Shown here piece by piece: positions 17,906 to 26,313 of a DNA stretch of 51,138 bases (the stretch's first letter is position 1; the number at the start of each line of letters is the position of its first letter). The notes under the pieces are model-generated. The model was given only the letters and a program-made list of their open reading frames with translations. It was not told the origin of the DNA and ran no database searches. A program made the position numbers and the translations under genes. Source of the DNA: Ruminococcus sp. (GTDB lineage Bacteria; Bacillota; Clostridia; Oscillospirales; Acutalibacteraceae); contig JAUNEH010000004.1 in NCBI GenBank assembly GCA_030525665.1, positions 1 to 51,138 of the forward strand, given 5' to 3'.

Positions 17906-19147
17906 ATGGAATACGGACTTCTGGGTAAGGTGCTTGCCCACTCCTTTTCTCCCGAAATTCACGCACTTATTGGTGATTATGATTATAAGCTTATTGAGCT
18001 TGCCGAGGATAAAGTAGAAGCTTTCTTAAAAGAAAGAGACTTTAAGTAAATAAATGTTACCATTCCCTACAAGCAGACGGTGATGCCTTTGCTTGACGAG
18101 ATAAGCGAAAGTGCAAAGGCTATAGGTGCGGTTAATACGGTTGTAAATCGTGATGGTAAGCTTTATGGCTACAATACTGACTTCGACGGCTTAAAGGCAC
18201 TTGTAGAAAGTTTAATTCCTACCTTAAAAGATTTAAAGGTGCTTATTTTAGGCTCGGGCGGAACAAGCCACACCGCACAAGCTGTAGCAAAAAGCATGGG
18301 TGCTAAGGAAATTATCGTTGCAAGTATTATGGGCGAGGAAGGTACTGTTTCATATGAAGAAGCAAAAACTATGCACAGCGACGCCGATTTTCTTATAAAC
18401 ACCACTCCCTGCGGAATGTACCCGAATATTCACACAGTTGCCGTTGATTTAGACATGTTTTCTAACTTAAAGGCACTTGCCGACGTGGTATATAACCCCT
18501 TACGCACCGAACTTGTAATGAGAGCAAGTGAAAAAGGCATCCCTGCTAAAGGCGGACTTTATATGTTAGTTATGCAGGGAATAAAGGCGGCAGAGCACTT
18601 TTTCTCGAAAGAAATTGAAAAATCAAAAGCTGATGAGATTTTTAATACCATTATTAAAAGAAGAGAAAATATTGTGCTTTCCGGTATGCCGTCCTCGGGC
18701 AAAACCACAATTGGCAATATTCTTGCAAAAGAAATGGGCAGACCCCTTTACGATATCGATGCCTTAATCGTAAAGCGTGCAGGCTGTGAAATCAGCGAGA
18801 TTTTTGAGAAAAACGGCGAAGAGTATTTCCGTGATTTGGAAAGTGCGGTAATCGCCGAAGAGGTTGCACCCTTAACAGGCGCAATTATTGCCACAGGCGG
18901 CGGTGCAGTTTTAAGAAAAGAAAACGTTAAGAATCTAAAGAAAAACGGTAAGGTGATCTTCCTTGACAGGGATTTGTCACTGTTAACTCCCACAGCCGAC
19001 AGACCCACAGCCGCGAACTTGGAGGCAATGAAAAAACGTTTCGAGCAAAGATATGATATCTATACCTTTACCGCAGACATAAGGGTGAACGGCTCTTTAA
19101 ATGCAGAGAAAGTTGCAGAATCAGTAAAAGAGGAATTTTTAAAATGA
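17906..19147 (+). pseudogene. aroE: Shikimate dehydrogenase-shikimate kinase fusion (aroE-aroK) interrupted by an in-frame TAA at 18047-18049
   Basis: ATG 17906 after GGAGG gives MEYGLLGKVLAHSFSPEIH...DFK*INVTIPYKQTV, in frame with ORF 18080..19147 (GAVNT, NTDFDG, DVVYNP; kinase GMPSSGKTT, ATGGG). Confidence 0.85.
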
Positions 19148-19578
19148 AATTTTTAGTTATAAATGGTCCTAACCTTAACCTTTTAGGTGTTCGAGAGCCG
19201 TCAATTTACGGCAGAGAAACCTATTTTGATTTAAAAGAAAAAATCCAAAATTATGCAAAGCAAAAAGGCGTAGAGGTTGAAGTTTTGCAGTCGAATCACG
19301 AAGGTGACCTTGTGGATTTTATACACAGAGCTTATTATACAAAAACAGACGGAATTGTGATTAATCCCGGTGCCTACACTCACACAAGCGTTGCACTTTT
19401 AGATGCTGTAAAGGCTGTGGGAATTCCTACTGTTGAGGTGCATATTTCGGATGTATCGAAGCGAGAAGACTTCAGACAGGTAAGCTATATAAGAAAAGCC
19501 TGCATTGCCACAATTGCAGGCAAGGGTACCTCAGGCTACTTGGAGGCTATGGATTTACTTTTAAAGGAGCATAGTTAA
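19144..19578 (+). CDS. aroQ: Type II 3-dehydroquinate dehydratase
   Basis: NGPNLNLLG.REP.IYG, QSNHEG, NPGAYTHTS, EVHIS. Confidence 0.95.
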   Translation: MKFLVINGPNLNLLGVREPSIYGRETYFDLKEKIQNYAKQKGVEVEVLQSNHEGDLVDFIHRAYYTKTDGIVINPGAYTHTSVALLDAVKAVGIPTVEVHISDVSKREDFRQVSYIRKACIATIAGKGTSGYLEAMDLLLKEHS

Positions 19579-20795
19579 ATGAGAGTGCTTATCAAAAAAT
19601 CTACTGCATCGGGTGCGGTTTTGGCTCCGCCCTCAAAAAGCATGGCACACAGAATGCTAATCGGTGCAGGACTTGCAAAGGGCACCAGCGTTATTAAGGG
19701 TATTTCTCAGTCCGAGGATATGAAAGCTACCCTTGACTGCCTTACTGCGTTAGGTGCAAAATGCGAAATTTGCGGAGATACCGTAAAAGTAACAGGTGCA
19801 GACCTTAAAAATCTGCCCGAAAATCCTCATTTAAAATGTAGGGAATCGGGCAGTACCTTACGTTTTTTTATTCCTCTTTGCCTTATGTCGGAAAAGAGCG
19901 AAGTTACCCTAACGGGCAGCGAATATCTTTTTTCACGCCCTTTAAATGTTTACGAGGAAATCTGCCGTAAGCAGGGTATTTATTATAGCTTAGATGGTGC
20001 AAGTCTTAAGCTTAAGGGAACTCTTAAAAGCGACAACTTCAGCATTAAGGGTACATCAGCAGTCAGTTCATAACAGGGCTTTTGTTTGTGCTTCCTCTTT
20101 TGAAGAGCGACAGCACCATTACGTTGATTCCTCCTGTGGAAAGCCTTTCTTACATAAATCTTACGGTTCAGGCATTAAAGGTTTTTGGTGTAGAGGTTAA
20201 GTGGCAGGACGAAAAAACACTTTATATTAAAGGAAATCAAGCCTACAAAGCAGTGGACACCTTTGTAGAGGGTGACTACTCAAATGCCGCTTTCTTCGAG
20301 GCACTCAATACTCTTGGCGGTAACGTTGAGGTCAAAGGGCTTTTAGCTGACAGCCTTCAGGGCGACAGGGTATATAAAAAGCATTTTCCTGCACTTTTAA
20401 AGGGTACTCCTACCATAAATATCTCTGACTGTCCGGACCTCGGGCCTGTGCTTTTTGCCGTTGCAGGAGCTTTGCACGGCTCAGTTTTTACAGGTACAAA
20501 AAGGCTTAGGCTTAAGGAGTGCGACCGTGCAGAGGCTATGGCTCAGGAGCTTAAAAAGTTCGGCATTGCCACATCGGTAAGGGAAGACAGCGTGGTGGTT
20601 TATCCCCACGATTTTCACGCACCCGACGAAATTCTGCAGGGACACAACGACCACAGAGTTGTAATGGCTCTTACGGTGCTTTCAAGCCTTACAGGCGGCG
20701 AAATCGAGGGTGCCGAGGCAGTACGGAAAAGTATGCCCGACTTTTTCGAAAAAATCAAAAGCGTTGGAGTTGAGGTGAAGAGCTATGATGCTTAA
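19579..20795 (+). pseudogene. aroA: EPSP synthase split by an apparent 1-bp deletion at about 20053
   Basis: ORF 19579..20073 (PPSKSMAHR, ESGSTLRF) and ORF 20082..20795 (GDYSNAA, DCPD, LRLKECDR, NDHRVVMA, KSMP) join as KG[N/D]ISSQFITGLLF if one base is restored after AAG GGT. Confidence 0.87.
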
Positions 20796-21642
20796 TACAA
20801 ATAAAAACATACTTATAGTCGGTTTAGGTCTTATGGGCGGCAGTTATGCCTTAGGATTTAAGAAATTAGGCTTTAAAATTTCTGCCATTACAAGACGTCA
20901 GGAGACTATAGATTACGCACTTGAAAATGGTATTATCGACGAAGGCTTTACAACTGCGGACAAGGATGCCTTAGGCAAAGCCGATATCATAATTTTCGGT
21001 CTCTATCCTCAGGTTTTTATAAAGTGGATTAAGGATAATCAGCAGTATTTTAAAAGCGGAGCTTTACTTACCGACGTTACCGGCGTTAAGGGGTCGGTAG
21101 TTTATGAGGTGCAAAAAGCATTAAGGGATGACGTCGAGTTTATCGCCGCCCACCCTATGGCAGGTAAAGAGGTGTATGGCGTAGAAAATGCAGACGACGC
21201 AATTTTCCGCGGTGCAAACTACATTGTAACTCCTACCGAGAAAAATACCCCCGAAGCCATTGAGGATTGCCTTGAAATCGGCAGACTTTTAGGTTTTGCA
21301 AACGTAAGCGTTCTTACTCCTGAAAAGCACGACGAGATGATAGGCTTTGTTTCTCAGCTGACTCACTGCATTGCGGTGACCCTTATGAATTGCTGTGACG
21401 ATGAAAACCTTAAAAACTATACAGGTGACTCTTTCAGGGATTTAACCAGAATTGCCCGTATTAACGATAAAATGTGGAGCGAGCTTTTTATTATGAATAA
21501 GCCGGCACTTTTACATCAGATGCACCGCTTTGAAGACCAGTTTGACAGGCTTAAGGCTGCACTGTTAAACGGTGACGAGCAGACTATGCGGGAAATGATG
21601 CAGATATCTACCGAGCGTCGAGCATTGTTTGACAAGAAATAA
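20785..21642 (+). CDS. tyrA: Prephenate dehydrogenase
   Basis: GLGLMGGS, DVTGVK, HPMAGKE, HDEMIGFVSQLTH, SFRDLTRIA. Confidence 0.93.
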   Translation: MMLNTNKNILIVGLGLMGGSYALGFKKLGFKISAITRRQETIDYALENGIIDEGFTTADKDALGKADIIIFGLYPQVFIKWIKDNQQYFKSGALLTDVTGVKGSVVYEVQKALRDDVEFIAAHPMAGKEVYGVENADDAIFRGANYIVTPTEKNTPEAIEDCLEIGRLLGFANVSVLTPEKHDEMIGFVSQLTHCIAVTLMNCCDDENLKNYTGDSFRDLTRIARINDKMWSELFIMNKPALLHQMHRFEDQFDRLKAALLNGDEQTMREMMQISTERRALFDKK

Positions 21643-21658
21643 GGAGTGTACATAGATT

Positions 21659-22687
21659 ATGAATATGAATTTTATCCGTAAGCTGCCTATTCCTAAGGAT
21701 GTTAAGGAGCAGTTTCCTCTTTCCGAGGATTTGGCAAAAATCAAGGCGGACAGAGACGAGGAAATAGCAAAGATTTTTACAGGTGAAAGTAATAAGTTTT
21801 TGCTTATAATCGGTCCCTGCTCAGCAGACCGTGAGGATGCAGTTTTAGAGTATATAGGAAGGCTCAGAGGCTTGCAGGAAAAGGTAAAGGACAAAATCCT
21901 TATTATCCCTCGTATTTACACGGGTAAGCCTCGTACAACAGGCGCAGGCTATAAGGGACTTTTGCATCAGCCCGACCCAAATGAAAAGCCTGACCTTTTT
22001 AAGGGTATTGTTGCAATCCGCGAGCTTCATATGAGAGCACTGAAGGAAACAGGCTTTACCTGTGCTGATGAAATGCTTTACCCCGAAAATCACCGTTACC
22101 TTTCCGATATTATTGCTTACGTTGCCGTTGGTGCAAGAAGTGTTGAAAATCAGCAGCACCGCCTGACAGCAAGCGGCTTAAAGGTGCCCGTTGGTATGAA
22201 AAATCCCACAAGCGGCGACCTTACTGTTATGATGAACTCTATTACTGCCGCACAGAGCAAGCATACCTTTATTTATCGTGGTTGGGAAGCCGAAAGTCAG
22301 GGCAACCCCTTGGCCCACGCAATACTGAGAGGCTACGTTAACAAGCACGGCCAGTGTCAGCCTAATTATCACTACGAGGATTTGATTTTGACTCATGAAA
22401 TGTATGTAAAGCATGGACTCAAAAATCCTGCAGTTATTGTAGATACAAACCACTCTAACTCTAACAAGCAGTATTTAGAGCAAATCAGAATTGCTAAAGA
22501 GGTGCTTTACAGCTGTCGTCATAATGTTGACATAGGAAAAATGGTTAAGGGTTTGATGATTGAAAGCTACCTTGAAGACGGCACCCAGAAAATCGGTGAC
22601 TGCGTTTACGGAAAATCTATTACCGACCCTTGTCTCGGATGGGAAAAGACCGAGCGTTTGGTTCTTGATATGGCAGAGTATTTATAA
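21659..22687 (+). CDS. aroF: DAHP synthase (class I-alpha)
   Basis: IIGPCSAD, KPRTTG.GYKG, VGARS, GMKNPTSG, DTNHSNS, GKSITDPCLGW. Confidence 0.93.
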   Translation: MNMNFIRKLPIPKDVKEQFPLSEDLAKIKADRDEEIAKIFTGESNKFLLIIGPCSADREDAVLEYIGRLRGLQEKVKDKILIIPRIYTGKPRTTGAGYKGLLHQPDPNEKPDLFKGIVAIRELHMRALKETGFTCADEMLYPENHRYLSDIIAYVAVGARSVENQQHRLTASGLKVPVGMKNPTSGDLTVMMNSITAAQSKHTFIYRGWEAESQGNPLAHAILRGYVNKHGQCQPNYHYEDLILTHEMYVKHGLKNPAVIVDTNHSNSNKQYLEQIRIAKEVLYSCRHNVDIGKMVKGLMIESYLEDGTQKIGDCVYGKSITDPCLGWEKTERLVLDMAEYL

Positions 22688-22695
22688 TTTAAAGT

Positions 22696-22732
22696 TGCAG
22701 AGGAAGCGATTTAGTTTCCTCTGCATTTTTTT
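22696..22732 (+). terminator. aro operon terminator
   Basis: tgcagaggaagc-gattta-gtttcctctgca followed by a T tract. Confidence 0.85.
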
Positions 22733-22869
22733 GCAAATCAAAACTTACAAATTTTCCGTTGCATATTTATGTGAATTGTGGTATATTTACACTGAATAAG
22801 TTTATTTACCTATATATGGTATAAAAGCAAGCCTGCTTTGAAAAAATCTTATTGAAAGGATTTGATAAT

Positions 22870-24873
22870 ATGTGCGGAATTTGCGGCTTTACAGGCGAAG
22901 TTAAGGACAGAAGCAAAACCATTAAAAGTATGACAGAGGTTATTACTCATCGCGGTCCCGACTCTGAGGGCTTTTTTAGCGATGATTATATAGATATGGG
23001 TTTTCGTCGTTTAAGCATTATTGACGTTGATGAGGGTCATCAGCCAATTTATAACGAGGATAAGACTTTGGTTTTAACCTTTAACGGCGAGATTTATAAT
23101 TACAGGGATTTACGTGCAGAGCTTATTGATTTAGGACATGAATTTTATACAGAAACCGACAGTGAGGTTTTAATCCACGCTTTTGAAGAGTGGAAAGAGG
23201 ATATGCTCATGAAGCTTCGCGGTATGTTTGGCTTTGCAATTTATAATACCAAGGACAAGTCTATATTCATTGCCCGCGACTTTTTCGGTATTAAGCCTAT
23301 GCATTACACGATGATAGACGGCGACTTTGTTTATGCTTCTGAAATCAAGAGCATATTAAAGCACCCTAAGTTTAAGAAGGAGTTTAACGAGAAAGCTTTA
23401 GACAGCTACCTTTCTTTCCAGTATGCTGTTCCTCCCGAAACCTTCTTTAAGGGCGTTTACTGTCTTATGCCCGGTCACTTCCTTTGGTTTAAAAACGGCG
23501 AGGTTATGACCGAGAGGTACTTTGAGCCTACCTTTAATCCTGATGAAAATATGTCTGAAGAAGACGCAGTAAACAAGATTGACAAGGTTTTCGAAAATTC
23601 TGTTAACGCTCACAAAATCGCTGACGTTGAGGTTGGGTGTTTTCTTTCAAGCGGTGTAGACTCAAGCTATGTTTCAACCTATTTTGCCGACCAAAAGACC
23701 TTTACCGTTGGATTTGATTTCGGCGAAAAGTATAACGAAATCAGCTGGGCAAGCAGACTTTCTGAGAAAATCGGCGTTGACCATTACACAAAAATTATTA
23801 CAAGCGAAGAGTTCTGGGGTGCTGTGCCCGAGGTGCAGTATTTTATGGACCAGCCCTTGGCAGACCCTTCTTGCATAGCTCTTTACTTTGTTTCTCAGCT
23901 TGCAAGCAAATATGTTAAGGTTGTGCTTTCGGGCGAGGGTGCCGACGAGCTTTTCGGCGGTTATCAGGTTTACAGAAGCCCTATGCACAGTAAGCTTTAT
24001 CAGACCTTGGTGCCTTATCCTATCCGCAAGCTTCTTTGTAAAATTGCCCTTAAAATGCCCGATATAAAGGGCAGGGATTACATTATCCGTTCTACTCATC
24101 CCTTAGAGGAGCGTTTTATCGGCAACGCATATATGTACGAGTACGAGGAAAAGAAGGAGCTTTTAAAGGACCCTTCTATTGCTACACGCCCTCAGGAGTA
24201 CACTAAAAAGTTTTATCATCGTGCCAGAAAATATGATGATGTTACCAAGATGCAGTATCTCGACATAAATCTCTGGATGGTTGGTGATATCCTGTTAAAG
24301 GCTGACAGAATGAGCATGGCAAATTCTTTGGAGCTTCGTGTGCCTTTCCTTGACAAAGAAGTGTTTAAGGTTGCTTCTACCATTCCCACAAAGCTCAGAG
24401 TTAACAAGCACAACACAAAGTATGCTCTCAGACAGAGTGCTATGCGTCATATGCCCGAGGATAGTGCTCAGAAAGAAAAGCTGGGCTTCCCTGTACCAAC
24501 ACGTGTATGGCTTAAAGACGAGAAGTACTATAATATTGTTAAAAAGGAGTTCACCTCTCCTACTGCTCAGAAGTTCTTCAATATTGACATTCTTACCCAG
24601 TGGCTTGACGACCACTTCGAGGGTAGAAAGGATACATCCCGTCAGGTATGGACGATTTACGTTTTCCTTATCTGGTACAAAATGTACTTTGGCGAGGTGG
24701 ATACTCAGGAAATTACCAACGAAGCAGTAGCAGAGGTTGAGGAAGCCGTTGTTGCTGTTGAGGATACCACCATCAATATTGAGGAAAAAATTAACTCTGA
24801 CCAGTTTGACGCTTTTTTTGGTATCGCCGAAGAAAGCTCAGAAGAGTCTGTCAAGGAAGAAAAGGCAGAGTAA
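22870..24873 (+). CDS. asnB: Asparagine synthase (glutamine-hydrolysing) family amidotransferase
   Basis: MCGICG Ntn nucleophile start, HRGPD, NGEIYN, LSSGVDSS, SGEGADELFGGY, RVPFLD. Confidence 0.93.
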   Translation: MCGICGFTGEVKDRSKTIKSMTEVITHRGPDSEGFFSDDYIDMGFRRLSIIDVDEGHQPIYNEDKTLVLTFNGEIYNYRDLRAELIDLGHEFYTETDSEVLIHAFEEWKEDMLMKLRGMFGFAIYNTKDKSIFIARDFFGIKPMHYTMIDGDFVYASEIKSILKHPKFKKEFNEKALDSYLSFQYAVPPETFFKGVYCLMPGHFLWFKNGEVMTERYFEPTFNPDENMSEEDAVNKIDKVFENSVNAHKIADVEVGCFLSSGVDSSYVSTYFADQKTFTVGFDFGEKYNEISWASRLSEKIGVDHYTKIITSEEFWGAVPEVQYFMDQPLADPSCIALYFVSQLASKYVKVVLSGEGADELFGGYQVYRSPMHSKLYQTLVPYPIRKLLCKIALKMPDIKGRDYIIRSTHPLEERFIGNAYMYEYEEKKELLKDPSIATRPQEYTKKFYHRARKYDDVTKMQYLDINLWMVGDILLKADRMSMANSLELRVPFLDKEVFKVASTIPTKLRVNKHNTKYALRQSAMRHMPEDSAQKEKLGFPVPTRVWLKDEKYYNIVKKEFTSPTAQKFFNIDILTQWLDDHFEGRKDTSRQVWTIYVFLIWYKMYFGEVDTQEITNEAVAEVEEAVVAVEDTTINIEEKINSDQFDAFFGIAEESSEESVKEEKAE

Positions 24874-24931
24874 GAGTATTTAATTAAGGTTTTTTTGAAA
24901 ATGTATCGTAAATGTGTAAAGGAGGTATATA

Positions 24932-25831
24932 ATGATTCATTTTGACAAAGTTGTGCCGACCACTGTGCCTACTGCTGTGGCATTAGGCTGTTTTGACGGC
25001 GTTCACCTTGCACACCGCAAGGTTATTGAGGGAGTGCTTAAGTGCCGCGAAGAGGGTTTGACTCCTGCAATGTTTACCTTTGCGGATTACGCTAACAAGG
25101 GCGTCTCAAAGCGTATTTATACTCAGGCAGAAAAGCTTCATGAGCTTGAGAGCTTAGGCGTTGAGCTTGTGTATTGTGTGCCTTTTCCTGAGGTATGCCT
25201 TATGTCGGCATCTGTATTTGTTTCTGACGTGCTTAAAGCTAATTTAAATGCCAAAAAAGTTTTTTGCGGCTTTAACTATAAATTCGGCAGAGGCGGCAAT
25301 GCTGACGTTGCTACTCTTAAGTACCTTTGCGATAAAGAGGGTATAGAGGTTATCGTTATTGATGAGGTTACCCTTGACGGCGTAACAGTCTCCTCTACTG
25401 AGGTAAGACGTCTTCTTGATGAAGGCGATATTAAAACAGCCGCAAAAATGCTGAATAAGCCTTTTGCACTTTTCGGCGAGGTTGTTCACGGCAACGCCTT
25501 GGGCAGAAAAATGGGCATTCCTACTATAAACGTAGGCACCGATGCTACAAAGCTTTTGCCTAAATACGGCGTTTATGCCGCAAATGTTTACATAAGCGAC
25601 AGCACAACGCCTTTGAAAGCTGCCCTTAATATCGGCATGAAGCCGACTGTCGGCACAGACGAGCCTACCGTTGAGGCGTTTATTATTGATGAGGCAGGAG
25701 ATTTTTACGGTAAGCAGGTAAAGGTTGAGCTTATGGATTACATCCGTGAAGAAAAGAAGTTTGCAACCTTGCAGGATTTGCAGTACGCTATTGAAAGCGA
25801 CATTGAAAAAATCAGGAACTTGGTTGATTGA
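24932..25831 (+). CDS. ribF: Bifunctional riboflavin kinase / FAD synthetase
   Basis: GCFDGVHLAH, GFNYKFG, VSSTEVR, GRKMGIPTIN, NIGMKPT. Confidence 0.94.
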   Translation: MIHFDKVVPTTVPTAVALGCFDGVHLAHRKVIEGVLKCREEGLTPAMFTFADYANKGVSKRIYTQAEKLHELESLGVELVYCVPFPEVCLMSASVFVSDVLKANLNAKKVFCGFNYKFGRGGNADVATLKYLCDKEGIEVIVIDEVTLDGVTVSSTEVRRLLDEGDIKTAAKMLNKPFALFGEVVHGNALGRKMGIPTINVGTDATKLLPKYGVYAANVYISDSTTPLKAALNIGMKPTVGTDEPTVEAFIIDEAGDFYGKQVKVELMDYIREEKKFATLQDLQYAIESDIEKIRNLVD

Positions 25832-25840
25832 CGTATACTA

Positions 25841-26070
25841 GCGAAGCGAATGTAATGAAGTGCACACTTTTGTGTGTATGAAATTTGCTCTAAGGCAAAT
25901 GAAGTATGCTTTTATAGCATATGAAGTATTTACTATAAATCGGAGCGAAGCGACCCTTAACATTTGCGTAGCAAATATTTCATATTGCTTTGCGATATTT
26001 CATCCGCCGTAGGCGGATTTAACCTGACCATAAGGTCAGATTTCACTATGTTTGGCAGACATGCCAAACA
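25841..26070. repeat. Bipartite array of short hairpins separated by ATGAAR / ATTTCA motifs
   Basis: ATGAA(G/A) at 25855, 25878, 25899, 25921. ATTT(C/A)A at 25977, 25997, 26017, 26040. Each interval forms a different small palindrome. Confidence 0.7.
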
Positions 26071-26265
26071 CTATATATTGTGGTGCGGTTACAAATTGAC
26101 ACAAGAGGTAAAAAAGCCCCCAAACCCTGTATGCAACTGGGTTTGGGGTTTTTTTTCGGTGTTTTTTAATCGTTTTTAATTCTTATTTATCAATAAACAT
26201 TAACAAAATTGTCACAATATATTGTGGTTTTTCTCTTGACAAACCACAATTTTTTGTGGTATTAT
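26068..26265 (+). promoter_or_regulatory. Three NrdR boxes and the nrdD promoter
   Basis: acactatatattgtgg (26068), tcacaatatattgtgg (26212), ccacaattttttgtgg (26244). The last two are 32 bp apart and the third sits between TTGACA (26236) and TATTAT (26260). Confidence 0.85.
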
Positions 26266-26313
26266 CTCTTCGGCGTTAAAAATAGTAAAGATTTACAGAA
26301 AGGATTTTTGATT

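Noticed and set aside
18047-18049. Stop-codon reassignment or selenocysteine/pyrrolysine readthrough in aroE
   Set aside because: The codon is TAA, which terminates many genes in this window. Sec and Pyl use TGA and TAG.
25841-26070. CRISPR array
   Set aside because: The constant parts are only 6-7 nt, the variable parts are self-complementary and about 15 nt, and no cas genes are present. Reported as a different kind of repeat.
25964-26313. 71-aa ORF 25964..26179 and the 35-aa N-terminal extension of nrdD from 26209
   Set aside because: Both overlap the hairpin array, NrdR boxes and promoter. The RBS supports ATG 26314.
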